Position numbers and translations under genes: made by a program. Below, one piece after another: positions 1 through 10,744 of a DNA stretch of 64,000 bases. The stretch lies in sequence record MT884006.2; one strand, given 5' to 3'. How positions within the stretch are numbered: position 1 is the stretch's first letter; every line of letters begins with the position of its first letter. The notes beneath the pieces are model-generated. The model did not search any database and was not told where the DNA came from. It worked only from the letters and a program-made list of their open reading frames with translations. Source of the stretch: Escherichia phage vb_EcoM_bov9_1.

Positions 1-2
1 TC

Positions 3-1769
3 TTGCAGTACGGAAATGACTTACGAGTTGTTCGTGCTGTTGATAGAGATACCGCTAAAAACTCATCGCCAATTGCTGGTAATATTGAATACACAATTTC
101 TACACCAGGTAGTAACTATGCAGTTGGAGATAAAATCACGGTCAAATATGTTTCAGATGATATTGAAACTGAAGGTAAAATTACCGAAGTAGACGCAGAT
201 GGAAAAATTAAGAAAATTAATATTCCTACTGCAAAAATTATCGCTAAAGCGAAAGAAGTCGGTGAATATCCAGCACTAGGTTCTAACTGGACTGCAGAAA
301 TTTCTTCGTCTTCCTCTGGTTTAGCTGCAGTAATAACTCTTGGAAAAATTATTACTGATTCTGGTATTTTATTAGCTGAAATTGAAAATGCTGAAGCTGC
401 TATGACAGCTGTTGACTTTCAAGCAAGTCTCGAAAAATATGGAATTCCAGGAGTAGTAGCTCTTTATCCAGGCGAATTAGGCGATAAAATTGAAATTGAA
501 ATCGTATCTAAAGCTGACTATGCAAAAGGAGCTTCTGCATTACTCCCAATTTATCCAGGTGGTGGTACTCGTGCATCTACTGCCAAAGCAGTGTTTGGAT
601 ATGGGCCGCAGACTGACTCACAGTACGCTATTATAGTTCGTCGAAATGATGCTATTGTTCAAAGCGTTGTTCTTTCAACTAAGCGTGGTGAAAAAGATAT
701 TTACGATAGTAACATCTATATCGATGACTTTTTCGCAAAAGGCGGCTCAGAATATATTTTTGCAACTGCACAAAACTGGCCAGAAGGCTTCTCTGGAATT
801 TTAACTCTGTCTGGTGGATTATCATCAAATGCTGAAGTAACAGCAGGAGATTTGATGGAAGCTTGGGACTTCTTTGCTGACCGTGAATCTGTTGATGTTC
901 AACTGTTTATTGCGGGTTCTTGTGCCGGTGAATCTTTGGAAACAGCATCTACTGTCCAAAAACACGTCGTTTCAATTGGTGATGCTCGCCAGGATTGCTT
1001 AGTATTGTGCTCACCACCGCGTGAAACTGTAGTTGGAATTCCTGTAACCCGTGCTGTTGACAACTTAGTCAATTGGAGAACTGCCGCAGGTTCATATACT
1101 GATAATAACTTTAATATTAGTTCAACCTACGCAGCAATTGATGGTAACTACAAATATCAGTATGACAAATATAATGATGTGAATCGTTGGGTTCCATTAG
1201 CAGCTGATATTGCTGGTTTATGCGCAAGAACTGATAACGTATCTCAGACTTGGATGTCACCAGCTGGTTATAATCGTGGCCAGATTCTTAACGTTATTAA
1301 ACTTGCTATTGAAACTCGCCAGGCACAACGTGACCGCTTATATCAAGAAGCTATCAACCCAGTAACTGGTACAGGTGGTGATGGTTACGTATTGTATGGT
1401 GATAAAACAGCTACTTCTGTTCCTTCTCCATTTGATCGTATTAACGTTCGTCGTCTGTTTAATATGTTGAAAACGAATATCGGACGTAGTTCAAAATATC
1501 GTTTGTTTGAATTAAACAACGCGTTTACTCGTTCTTCATTCCGTACAGAAACTGCTCAGTACTTGCAAGGAATTAAAGCTCTCGGTGGAATTTATGAATA
1601 TCGTGTAGTTTGCGATACAACAAATAACACTCCGTCAGTAATTGATAGAAATGAGTTTGTTGCAACATTCTACATCCAACCGGCGCGCAGTATAAATTAT
1701 ATCCAGCTTAACTTCGTTGCGACTGCTACTGGTGCAGATTTCGATGAGTTAACTGGTCTTGCTGGTTAA
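3..1769 (+). CDS. 18: Tail sheath protein gp18, C-terminal 588 aa (5' end lies outside window)
   Basis: ORF runs to window edge; sequence recognised as T4-type contractile sheath; position immediately upstream of tail tube gene 19. Confidence 0.9.
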   Translation: MQYGNDLRVVRAVDRDTAKNSSPIAGNIEYTISTPGSNYAVGDKITVKYVSDDIETEGKITEVDADGKIKKINIPTAKIIAKAKEVGEYPALGSNWTAEISSSSSGLAAVITLGKIITDSGILLAEIENAEAAMTAVDFQASLEKYGIPGVVALYPGELGDKIEIEIVSKADYAKGASALLPIYPGGGTRASTAKAVFGYGPQTDSQYAIIVRRNDAIVQSVVLSTKRGEKDIYDSNIYIDDFFAKGGSEYIFATAQNWPEGFSGILTLSGGLSSNAEVTAGDLMEAWDFFADRESVDVQLFIAGSCAGESLETASTVQKHVVSIGDARQDCLVLCSPPRETVVGIPVTRAVDNLVNWRTAAGSYTDNNFNISSTYAAIDGNYKYQYDKYNDVNRWVPLAADIAGLCARTDNVSQTWMSPAGYNRGQILNVIKLAIETRQAQRDRLYQEAINPVTGTGGDGYVLYGDKTATSVPSPFDRINVRRLFNMLKTNIGRSSKYRLFELNNAFTRSSFRTETAQYLQGIKALGGIYEYRVVCDTTNNTPSVIDRNEFVATFYIQPARSINYIQLNFVATATGADFDELTGLAG

Positions 1770-1785
1770 TACGGTGCATTCTAAA

Positions 1786-1803
1786 GGCCTGTTTCGACAG
1801 GCC
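1786..1803 (+). terminator. GC hairpin after gene 18 (GGCCTGT-TTCG-ACAGGCC)
   Basis: 7-bp stem, TTCG tetraloop; no U-tract, so may be a partial terminator or stability element. Confidence 0.4.
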
Positions 1804-1804
1804 A

Positions 1805-1812
1805 TATAAATA
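1805..1812 (+). promoter_or_regulatory. Late promoter motif TATAAATA
   Basis: Exact T4 late -10 consensus 75 nt upstream of gene 19. Confidence 0.5.
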
Positions 1813-1863
1813 CACTATATCCTTAATTCTTTAATTCTATATGCCCTAGGTTAAACATAGGGA

Positions 1864-1871
1864 TATAAATA
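1864..1871 (+). promoter_or_regulatory. Late promoter motif TATAAATA for gene 19
   Basis: Exact consensus 15 nt upstream of gene 19 ATG. Confidence 0.6.
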
Positions 1872-1885
1872 CTACAGAGGCTAAT

Positions 1886-2377
1886 ATGTTTGTAGATGAT
1901 GTAACACGAGCGTTTGAATCTGGTGATTTTGCTCGACCTAACTTATTCCAAGTAGAAATTTCTTATCTTGGACAAAATTTTACGTTCCAATGTAAAGCCA
2001 CTGCTTTACCAGCTGGTATTGTAGAAAAAATTCCAGTCGGATTTATGAACCGTAAAATTAACGTGGCAGGCGATCGTACATTCGATGACTGGACTGTTAC
2101 AGTAATGAACGATGAAGCTCATGATGCTCGCCAGAAGTTTGTTGATTGGCAAAGCATTGCCGCAGGACAAGGAAACGAAATTACTGGTGGAAAACCTGCA
2201 GAGTATAAAAAGAGCGCTATTGTTCGTCAATATGCTCGTGATGCTAAAACAGTAACAAAAGAAATTGAAATTAAAGGTCTGTGGCCTACTAACGTGGGTG
2301 AACTTCAATTAGATTGGGATTCAAACAATGAAATCCAAACCTTTGAAGTAACTCTTGCTCTCGATTATTGGGAATAA
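1886..2377 (+). CDS. 19: Tail tube protein gp19 (163 aa)
   Basis: 163 aa, same length as T4 gp19; synteny 18-19-20; preceded by late promoter motifs. Confidence 0.9.
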   Translation: MFVDDVTRAFESGDFARPNLFQVEISYLGQNFTFQCKATALPAGIVEKIPVGFMNRKINVAGDRTFDDWTVTVMNDEAHDARQKFVDWQSIAAGQGNEITGGKPAEYKKSAIVRQYARDAKTVTKEIEIKGLWPTNVGELQLDWDSNNEIQTFEVTLALDYWE

Positions 2378-2382
2378 AATGA

Positions 2383-2400
2383 ATGGGGAGAAATCCCCAT
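2383..2400 (+). terminator. Hairpin after gene 19 (ATGGGGA-GAAA-TCCCCAT)
   Basis: 7-bp stem with GAAA tetraloop. Confidence 0.45.
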
Positions 2401-2409
2401 CCTGCTTAA

Positions 2410-4034
<1,625 letters not shown>

Positions 4035-4035
<1 letters not shown>

Positions 4036-4274
4036 TGGAAGGTTTAATTGAAGCTATTAAATCAAACGACCTCGTAGCCGCTCGTAAATTATTTGCTGAA
4101 GCCATGGCTGCAAGAACGACTGATTTAATCAAAGAAGAAAAAATCACTATCGCTCGTAATTTCTTAATCGAGGGTGAAGAACCTGATGACGAGGATGAAG
4201 ATGACGACGACGATAATGATGATAAAGACGACAAAAAAGACAAAGACTCTGACGAAGACGAGGATGATGAATAA
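4035..4274 (+). CDS. 67: Prohead core protein gp67 with poly-acidic C-terminal tail
   Basis: 79 aa; TAATG stop/start overlap with gene 20; position 20-67-68-21 as in T4. Confidence 0.8.
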
Positions 4275-4699
4275 TGATTCTAATCCCTGAAACTCATGAA
4301 TTAGTTCTCGAGAATGTCGAAGCACTTATTCCTGAAGCACAGGGTCGCTTTGACGAGTTGTCTTCTGCTTTAAATAAAGACGATATAAATAAAATTATCG
4401 AGAATATGCTTGATGATGAAACTGATTTAGCGGTTGCATTAGCTTCTATTAATGAAAATATGCCGTTAAATGAATTCATCGTTAAACATGTTTCTGCCCG
4501 TGGTGAAATTACTCGCACTAAAGATCGCAAAACCCGCGAACGTAATGCATTTCAAACTACCGGGTTGTCTAAAGCAAAACGTAGACAAATTGCTCGTAAA
4601 GCTACCAAAACGAAGATTGCCAATCCAGCAGGTCAATCTCGTGCTCAGCGTAAGCGTAAAAAAGCTCTTAAACGCCGTAAAGCATTAGGATTAAGCTAA
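4274..4699 (+). CDS. 68: Prohead core protein gp68 (141 aa), basic C-terminus
   Basis: 141 aa; TAATG overlap with 67 and with 21; synteny. Confidence 0.8.
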   Translation: MILIPETHELVLENVEALIPEAQGRFDELSSALNKDDINKIIENMLDDETDLAVALASINENMPLNEFIVKHVSARGEITRTKDRKTRERNAFQTTGLSKAKRRQIARKATKTKIANPAGQSRAQRKRKKALKRRKALGLS

Positions 4700-5337
4700 T
4701 GAATGAACCCCAATTACTAATTGAAACTTGGGGTCAACCTGGCGAAATTATTGATGGCGTACCAATGCTTGAATCTCATGATGGAAAAGACTTAGGTTTA
4801 AAACCTGGTTTATACATCGAAGGAATATTTATGCAAGCGGAAGTCGTCAATAGAAATAAACGTCTTTATCCAAAACGTATATTAGAAAAAGCGGTAAAAG
4901 ACTATATCAATGAGCAAGTTTTAACTAAACAAGCTCTCGGAGAATTAAATCATCCTCCACGCGCTAATGTTGACCCAATGCAAGCCGCTATCATTATAGA
5001 AGATATGTGGTGGAAAGGAAATGACGTATACGGACGAGCTCGTGTTATTGAAGGTGACCACGGTCCTGGAGATAAATTAGCAGCTAATATTCGTGCCGGA
5101 TGGATTCCAGGAGTTTCTTCTCGTGGATTAGGTTCATTGACTGACACAAATGAAGGTTATCGTATCGTAAACGAAGGATTCAAATTAACTGTAGGTGTTG
5201 ATGCAGTATGGGGTCCAAGTGCTCCAGATGCATGGGTAACTCCTAAGGAAATTACCGAATCACAGACGGCGGAAGCCGATACAAGTGCCGATGACGCCTA
5301 TATGGCTCTCGCAGAGGCCATGAAAAAAGCGTTATAA
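4699..5337 (+). CDS. 21: Prohead core scaffold/protease gp21 (212 aa)
   Basis: 212 aa matches T4 gp21; synteny between 68 and 22. Confidence 0.9.
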   Translation: MNEPQLLIETWGQPGEIIDGVPMLESHDGKDLGLKPGLYIEGIFMQAEVVNRNKRLYPKRILEKAVKDYINEQVLTKQALGELNHPPRANVDPMQAAIIIEDMWWKGNDVYGRARVIEGDHGPGDKLAANIRAGWIPGVSSRGLGSLTDTNEGYRIVNEGFKLTVGVDAVWGPSAPDAWVTPKEITESQTAEADTSADDAYMALAEAMKKAL

Positions 5338-5340
5338 ATA
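5333..5340 (+). promoter_or_regulatory. Late promoter motif TATAAATA for gene 22
   Basis: Exact consensus overlapping gene 21 stop codon. Confidence 0.55.
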
Positions 5341-5367
5341 TTATTATCTAAACAACAGGACTACAAA

Positions 5368-6177
5368 ATGCTTAAAGAACAACTGATTGCCGAAGCGCAG
5401 AAAATTGATGCTTCCGTTGCTCTTGATAGTATTTTCGAATCAGTTAATATTTCTCCGGAAGCAAAAGAAACTTTCGGCACTGTATTCGAAGCTACCGTCA
5501 AGCAGCACGCCGTTAAATTAGCTGAATCTCATATCGCTAAAATTGCTGAAAAAGCAGAAGAAGAAGTAGAAAAAAATAAAGAAGAAGCAGAAGAAAAAGC
5601 TGAGAAGAAAATCGCTGAGCAAGCTTCTAAATTCCTTGACCATCTTGCAAAAGAATGGCTCACTGAAAATAAATTAGCAGTAGATAAAGGTATCAAAGCC
5701 GAACTGTTTGAATCCATGCTTGGTGGATTGAAAGAGCTCTTCGTTGAACACAACGTTGTTGTTCCAGAAGAATCAGTTGATGTTGTAGCTGAAATGGAAG
5801 AAGAGCTGCAAGAACATAAAGAAGAATCAGCTCGTCTGTTCGAAGAACTCAATAAGCGTGACGCATATATCAATTATGTGCAGCGTGAAGTGGCATTGAG
5901 CGAAAGTACTAAAGATCTGACTGAGTCTCAAAAAGAAAAAGTCTCTGCTCTGGTCGAAGGTATGGATTATTCAGATGCATTCTCAAGTAAATTGAGTGCA
6001 ATCGTAGAAATGGTGAAGAAGTCTAATAAAGATGAAAGCACTATTGCTGAGGGTATAAATACTCCTGATACTGAAGCAGCCGGACTAAATTTCGTCACTG
6101 AAGCTGTAGAAGATAAATCTGCACAAGGTGCAGAAGATATTGTAAGTGTATATGCGAAAGTCGCATCTCGTTTCTAA
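5368..6177 (+). CDS. 22: Major prohead scaffolding core protein gp22 (269 aa)
   Basis: 269 aa, acidic coiled-coil-like composition; immediately upstream of gp23. Confidence 0.9.
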   Translation: MLKEQLIAEAQKIDASVALDSIFESVNISPEAKETFGTVFEATVKQHAVKLAESHIAKIAEKAEEEVEKNKEEAEEKAEKKIAEQASKFLDHLAKEWLTENKLAVDKGIKAELFESMLGGLKELFVEHNVVVPEESVDVVAEMEEELQEHKEESARLFEELNKRDAYINYVQREVALSESTKDLTESQKEKVSALVEGMDYSDAFSSKLSAIVEMVKKSNKDESTIAEGINTPDTEAAGLNFVTEAVEDKSAQGAEDIVSVYAKVASRF

Positions 6178-6195
6178 TTTTAAAGGTTAACACAA

Positions 6196-7761
6196 ATGAC
6201 TATCAAAACTAAAGCTGAACTTTTGAACAAATGGAAGCCATTACTGGAAGGTGAAGGTTTACCGGAAATTGCTAATAGCAAACAAGCGATTATCGCTAAA
6301 ATCTTTGAAAACCAGGAAAAAGATTTCCAGACAGCTCCGGAATATAAAGACGAAAAAATTGCTCAGGCATTCGGTTCTTTCTTAACAGAAGCTGAAATCG
6401 GTGGTGACCACGGTTACAATGCTACCAACATCGCCGCAGGTCAGACTTCTGGCGCAGTAACTCAGATTGGCCCAGCTGTTATGGGTATGGTACGTCGTGC
6501 TATTCCTAACCTGATTGCTTTCGATATTTGCGGTGTTCAGCCGATGAACAGCCCGACTGGTCAGGTATTCGCACTGCGCGCAGTATATGGTAAAGACCCA
6601 ATCGCTTCCGGCGCTAAAGAAGCATTCCACCCAATGTATGGTCCAGATGCAATGTTCTCTGGTCAGGGTGCTGCTAAGAAATTCGCTGCTTTGAAAGCAA
6701 GTGATACTCTTGAAGTCGGAACTATTTACACCCACTTCTTCCAGGACACTGGTACTGTGTATCTGCAAGCTACAGCAGCTAAACAAATTGATTCAGGTGC
6801 ATCTGACGCAGACAAATTAGATGCTGAAATTAAGAAACAAATGGAAGCTGGTGTACTGGTAGAAATCGCTGAAGGTATGGCTACTTCTATCGCTGAACTT
6901 CAAGAAGGTTTTAACGGTTCTACCGATAACCCGTGGAATGAAATGGGCTTCCGTATCGATAAACAAGTTATCGAAGCTAAATCTCGTCAGCTGAAAGCTG
7001 CTTACTCTATTGAATTAGCACAAGACCTCCGCGCTGTTCACGGTATGGATGCTGATGCTGAACTGTCTGGTATTCTGGCTACAGAAATTATGCTGGAAAT
7101 TAACCGTGAAGTTGTTGATTGGATTAACTACTCAGCTCAGGTTGGTAAATCTGGTATGACCCTGACTCCGGGTTCTAAAGCTGGTGTATTTGACTTCCAG
7201 GACCCAATCGATATTCGTGGTGCTCGCTGGGCAGGTGAATCCTTTAAAGCTCTGTTGTTCCAGATTGACAAAGAAGCAGTTGAAATTGCTCGTCAGACCG
7301 GTCGTGGTGAAGGTAACTTCATTATCGCTTCCCGTAACGTAGTTAACGTTCTGGCTTCAGTTGATACCGGCATTTCTTATGCTGCACAGGGTCTGGCTAC
7401 CGGCTTTAACACTGATACTACCAAGTCAGTATTTGCTGGTGTTCTGGGTGGTAAATACCGCGTATATATCGACCAGTATGCTAAACAGGATTATTTCACT
7501 GTAGGTTATAAAGGTCCGAACGAAATGGATGCTGGTATTTACTATGCTCCATATGTAGCTCTGACTCCGCTGCGTGGTTCCGATCCGAAGAACTTCCAAC
7601 CTGTAATGGGATTCAAAACTCGTTACGGTATCGGTATCAACCCATTTGCAGAATCCGCTGCTCAGGCTCCGGCTTCTCGCATCCAGAGCGGTATGCCTTC
7701 TATTCTGAATAGCCTTGGTAAAAACGCTTACTTCCGCCGTGTATATGTTAAAGGTATCTAA
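6196..7761 (+). CDS. 23: Major capsid protein gp23 (521 aa)
   Basis: Sequence MTIKTKAELLNKWKPLLEGEG... recognised as T4 gp23; 521 aa. Confidence 0.95.
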   Translation: MTIKTKAELLNKWKPLLEGEGLPEIANSKQAIIAKIFENQEKDFQTAPEYKDEKIAQAFGSFLTEAEIGGDHGYNATNIAAGQTSGAVTQIGPAVMGMVRRAIPNLIAFDICGVQPMNSPTGQVFALRAVYGKDPIASGAKEAFHPMYGPDAMFSGQGAAKKFAALKASDTLEVGTIYTHFFQDTGTVYLQATAAKQIDSGASDADKLDAEIKKQMEAGVLVEIAEGMATSIAELQEGFNGSTDNPWNEMGFRIDKQVIEAKSRQLKAAYSIELAQDLRAVHGMDADAELSGILATEIMLEINREVVDWINYSAQVGKSGMTLTPGSKAGVFDFQDPIDIRGARWAGESFKALLFQIDKEAVEIARQTGRGEGNFIIASRNVVNVLASVDTGISYAAQGLATGFNTDTTKSVFAGVLGGKYRVYIDQYAKQDYFTVGYKGPNEMDAGIYYAPYVALTPLRGSDPKNFQPVMGFKTRYGIGINPFAESAAQAPASRIQSGMPSILNSLGKNAYFRRVYVKGI

Positions 7762-7776
7762 TCTTTGACGATTTAA

Positions 7777-7792
7777 GGGACCTTCGGGTCCC
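7777..7792 (+). terminator. Terminator hairpin after gene 23 (GGGACC-TTCG-GGTCCC)
   Basis: 6-bp GC stem, TTCG loop, followed by T-rich run. Confidence 0.6.
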
Positions 7793-7809
7793 TTTAGTTG
7801 TTTTTATGG

Positions 7810-7817
7810 TATAAATA
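7810..7817 (+). promoter_or_regulatory. Late promoter motif TATAAATA for gene 24
   Basis: Exact consensus 28 nt upstream of gene 24 ATG. Confidence 0.65.
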
Positions 7818-7844
7818 AATCATATAAACCAAAAGGAAAGCGCA

Positions 7845-9128
7845 ATGGCTAAAATCAACGAACTTCTGCGCGAATCAACCACAACGAATAGCAACTCAAT
7901 CGGTCGCCCAAATCTCGTTGCTTTGACTCGCGCTACCACTAAATTAATATATTCTGACATTGTAGCAACGCAAAGAACTAATCAACCTGTTGCTGCTTTT
8001 TATGGTATCAAATACCTTAACCCAGACAATGAATTTACATTTAAAACTGGTGCTACTTACGCTGGCGAAGCTGGATATGTAGACCGAGAACAAATCACAG
8101 AATTAACAGAAGAGTCTAAATTAACTCTCAATAAAGGCGATTTATTCAAATATAATAACATCGTTTATAAAGTATTAGAAGATACTCCATTCGCTGATAT
8201 TGAAGAAAGCGACTTAGAGTTAGCTCTTCAGATTGCAATTGTTCTTTTAAAGGTTCGTCTATTTTCTGACGCAGCGTCAACAAGCAAATTTGAAAGCTCT
8301 GATAGTGAAATTGCGGATGCTAGATTTCAGATTAATAAATGGCAAACCGCGGTTAAATCTCGTAAACTTAAAACTGGTATCACAGTTGAATTAGCGCAAG
8401 ATTTAGAAGCAAATGGATTCGATGCTCCTAATTTCTTGGAAGATTTGCTTGCAACTGAAATGGCAGATGAAATCAATAAAGATATTCTGCAGTCTTTGAT
8501 TACAGTGTCAAAACGCTATAAAGTTACAGGAATTACTGATAGTGGATTCATCGATTTGAGTTATGCATCTGCACCTGAAGCGGGTCGTTCATTATATCGA
8601 ATGGTATGTGAAATGGTTTCGCATATCCAAAAAGAATCAACTTATACAGCAACGTTCTGTGTTGCTTCAGCTCGTGCCGCTGCGATTCTTGCTGCATCAG
8701 GTTGGTTAAAACATAAACCAGAAGATGATAAATATCTTTCACAAAATGCCTACGGGTTCTTAGCTAATGGTTTACCGCTTTATTGCGATACTAACAGCCC
8801 ATTAGATTATGTAATCGTTGGTGTAGTAGAAAATATCGGTGAAAAAGAAATTGTTGGATCAATTTTCTATGCTCCGTATACAGAAGGTCTTGACTTAGAT
8901 GACCCTGAACATGTAGGTGCATTTAAAGTTGTTGTTGATCCAGAAAGCTTACAACCGTCTATCGGTTTATTAGTTAGATATGCTTTATCAGCAAATCCTT
9001 ATACCGTAGCAAAAGATGAAAAAGAAGCAAGAATAATTGATGGTGGAGACATGGATAAAATGGCGGGTCGTTCAGATTTGTCTGTTTTATTAGGTGTTAA
9101 ATTACCAAAAATTATTATTGATGAATAA
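7845..9128 (+). CDS. 24: Capsid vertex protein gp24 (427 aa)
   Basis: 427 aa matches T4 gp24; gp23-like fold paralog by position; late promoter TATAAATA 28 nt upstream. Confidence 0.9.
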   Translation: MAKINELLRESTTTNSNSIGRPNLVALTRATTKLIYSDIVATQRTNQPVAAFYGIKYLNPDNEFTFKTGATYAGEAGYVDREQITELTEESKLTLNKGDLFKYNNIVYKVLEDTPFADIEESDLELALQIAIVLLKVRLFSDAASTSKFESSDSEIADARFQINKWQTAVKSRKLKTGITVELAQDLEANGFDAPNFLEDLLATEMADEINKDILQSLITVSKRYKVTGITDSGFIDLSYASAPEAGRSLYRMVCEMVSHIQKESTYTATFCVASARAAAILAASGWLKHKPEDDKYLSQNAYGFLANGLPLYCDTNSPLDYVIVGVVENIGEKEIVGSIFYAPYTEGLDLDDPEHVGAFKVVVDPESLQPSIGLLVRYALSANPYTVAKDEKEARIIDGGDMDKMAGRSDLSVLLGVKLPKIIIDE

Positions 9129-9131
9129 AAC

Positions 9132-9153
9132 AAAGGGACCGAAAGGTCCCTTT
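9132..9153. terminator. Bidirectional terminator hairpin between gene 24 (+) and rnlB (-)
   Basis: AAAGGGACC-GAAA-GGTCCCTTT, A/T runs on both sides. Confidence 0.6.
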
Positions 9154-9157
9154 TTAT

Positions 9158-10165
9158 TTAGCTCACCAACTCAATCCAAGCTGGACGAAGTACATCTTGT
9201 ACCATTTTAACTAATTCCTTTTTAATCAAAGAAGGATTATCTGCTTGAGTTAGAGTAATACCTTCACGAGAAGTTTCTTCCAAAATATCTTGAACAGTTA
9301 GCCCCATCACCTTTCCAAAATCCTTTGGACCAATTTCGCCAATTTTAGAAATAACGTTATTTACGCGGTTTAGTGTAACGTAACAAGCTAAAATTCCAAC
9401 CAATTTGTTATCAGCTTCTGATAGTTCAACTTTAGCTTTAATAGGCTTATCAGACTTTTTCTTTTCACTAAATTTAGAGTTCTTGCATTTAATCGCTACA
9501 CGAGCACCGTTTGGCAGCCATTTAGGGAAACAAGGCTTCAGAACATAACCTTCTGCAGTATTATCACCAATAACATTAGCATCAAATACACAATTATTTG
9601 CTTCGACAAGGTCTTCCGATGCCGTAACGTTATAAGCGGCTAAGACGGAATCAAGGTCGTTTGGAATCATGATAAGAGCATCAAATGTTCCACGTCCAAG
9701 CATTGGTGCCATTTTAAAACCAAACGTATTACAGAAATCTTGCATTTCGTAATCACTCATGTAATAAGTATCACCGCTTTCCGTGTTTATGATGATATCG
9801 AATACATAGAAATCTTTTTCACCGTAGTCAACACCTTTCTGAATTCCACCACCAGCGAATTCACCAAAGACTTGATATGTCACCGGCACTGAAGTTGAAA
9901 TACTGTCCATGACTTCTTGAACGCCTTTAATAGCTTTATCATACTTTTTGAGTACTATTTCATAGCCATAAAAATCTTCAGCAGGAAGAATAGGACCAGT
10001 ACGTTTAGCGCAAGTCACTTTATCACGCTCAATAATCAACGAGAAATTTGTGCCGTGAATCTTTTCACGAGCTACCCATTCGCCGCCAGTCAATCCCAAG
10101 CTGTAAAGTTTTTCAATAAATTTAGAGTTGTAATGATTTTCAAGACTGCTATACTTTTTAAACAT
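9158..10165 (-). CDS. rnlB: RNA ligase 2 (Rnl2)
   Basis: 335 aa; nucleotidyltransferase motif I KIHGTNF (lysine adenylation site); position after gene 24 as T4 24.1/rnlB. Confidence 0.85.
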   Translation of the reverse strand: MFKKYSSLENHYNSKFIEKLYSLGLTGGEWVAREKIHGTNFSLIIERDKVTCAKRTGPILPAEDFYGYEIVLKKYDKAIKGVQEVMDSISTSVPVTYQVFGEFAGGGIQKGVDYGEKDFYVFDIIINTESGDTYYMSDYEMQDFCNTFGFKMAPMLGRGTFDALIMIPNDLDSVLAAYNVTASEDLVEANNCVFDANVIGDNTAEGYVLKPCFPKWLPNGARVAIKCKNSKFSEKKKSDKPIKAKVELSEADNKLVGILACYVTLNRVNNVISKIGEIGPKDFGKVMGLTVQDILEETSREGITLTQADNPSLIKKELVKMVQDVLRPAWIELVS

Positions 10166-10174
10166 AATTAATCC

Positions 10175-10453
10175 TCAAAATGTAATTTCTAACCAATCAC
10201 CATCACGCTGATCACTATTGACTTTAAAGCTAAATCCTTCTTTTCTAAGCCAATCACCAATTTCTTCAGTAATCAATTTATCGCGAGCAGTACAATAATA
10301 ACTAAAATGTGTTTTACCTTGTTCAGCTGCTTTATTAGCAAGTTCCGAAAAATCTTTAATAAAACACTCTAGCTTAAACTGTTTACTTTTAAGTGCTTTT
10401 TCGCGTAATTGATTAGCAAAAGATTCATTTTCATAAAGATCATACTGTTCCAT
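10175..10453 (-). CDS. Hypothetical protein (T4 24.2 position)
   Basis: 92 aa ORF tightly packed downstream of rnlB start; synteny only. Confidence 0.6.
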   Translation of the reverse strand: MEQYDLYENESFANQLREKALKSKQFKLECFIKDFSELANKAAEQGKTHFSYYCTARDKLITEEIGDWLRKEGFSFKVNSDQRDGDWLEITF

Positions 10454-10655
10454 TTTTCACCTTTTTATTGATATGTCTTTTTCTATAGACAACTTTTTCT
10501 CGAGTTTCAAATTTATTCTTAGCAGTCATAGCTCGAGCCCATAATACAGCCACTTCTTTTGCCTGTAAGTTTAATTCACGAGCAATTTCAATGAATGACT
10601 TTCCAGACTCATGAAGAGTAAACACCACAACCTCAGTTCTCATAATCAATCTCAT
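10440..10655 (-). CDS. Hypothetical protein (T4 24.3 position)
   Basis: 71 aa ORF, overlaps previous by 14 nt; synteny only. Confidence 0.5.
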   Translation of the reverse strand: MRLIMRTEVVVFTLHESGKSFIEIARELNLQAKEVAVLWARAMTAKNKFETREKVVYRKRHINKKVKNGTV

Positions 10656-10723
10656 GTTATCGAGTTGGTGCCATTATATACATCATTTTCTGATTGTGTT
10701 TTGTGTGCTTTCAAAATGAAGAA

Positions 10724-10739
10724 AGGGGCCGAAGCCCCT
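10724..10739 (-). terminator. Terminator hairpin after hoc
   Basis: AGGGGC-CGAA-GCCCCT followed on minus strand by T-rich run. Confidence 0.55.
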
Positions 10740-10744
10740 TATGA

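Noticed and set aside
6382-6786. 134-aa minus-strand ORF inside gene 23
   Set aside because: Antisense to the highly expressed, well-recognised major capsid gene; no start context; typical spurious ORF
9917-10171. 84-aa plus-strand ORF inside rnlB
   Set aside because: Antisense to the RNA ligase 2 gene; AT-rich codon-poor frame
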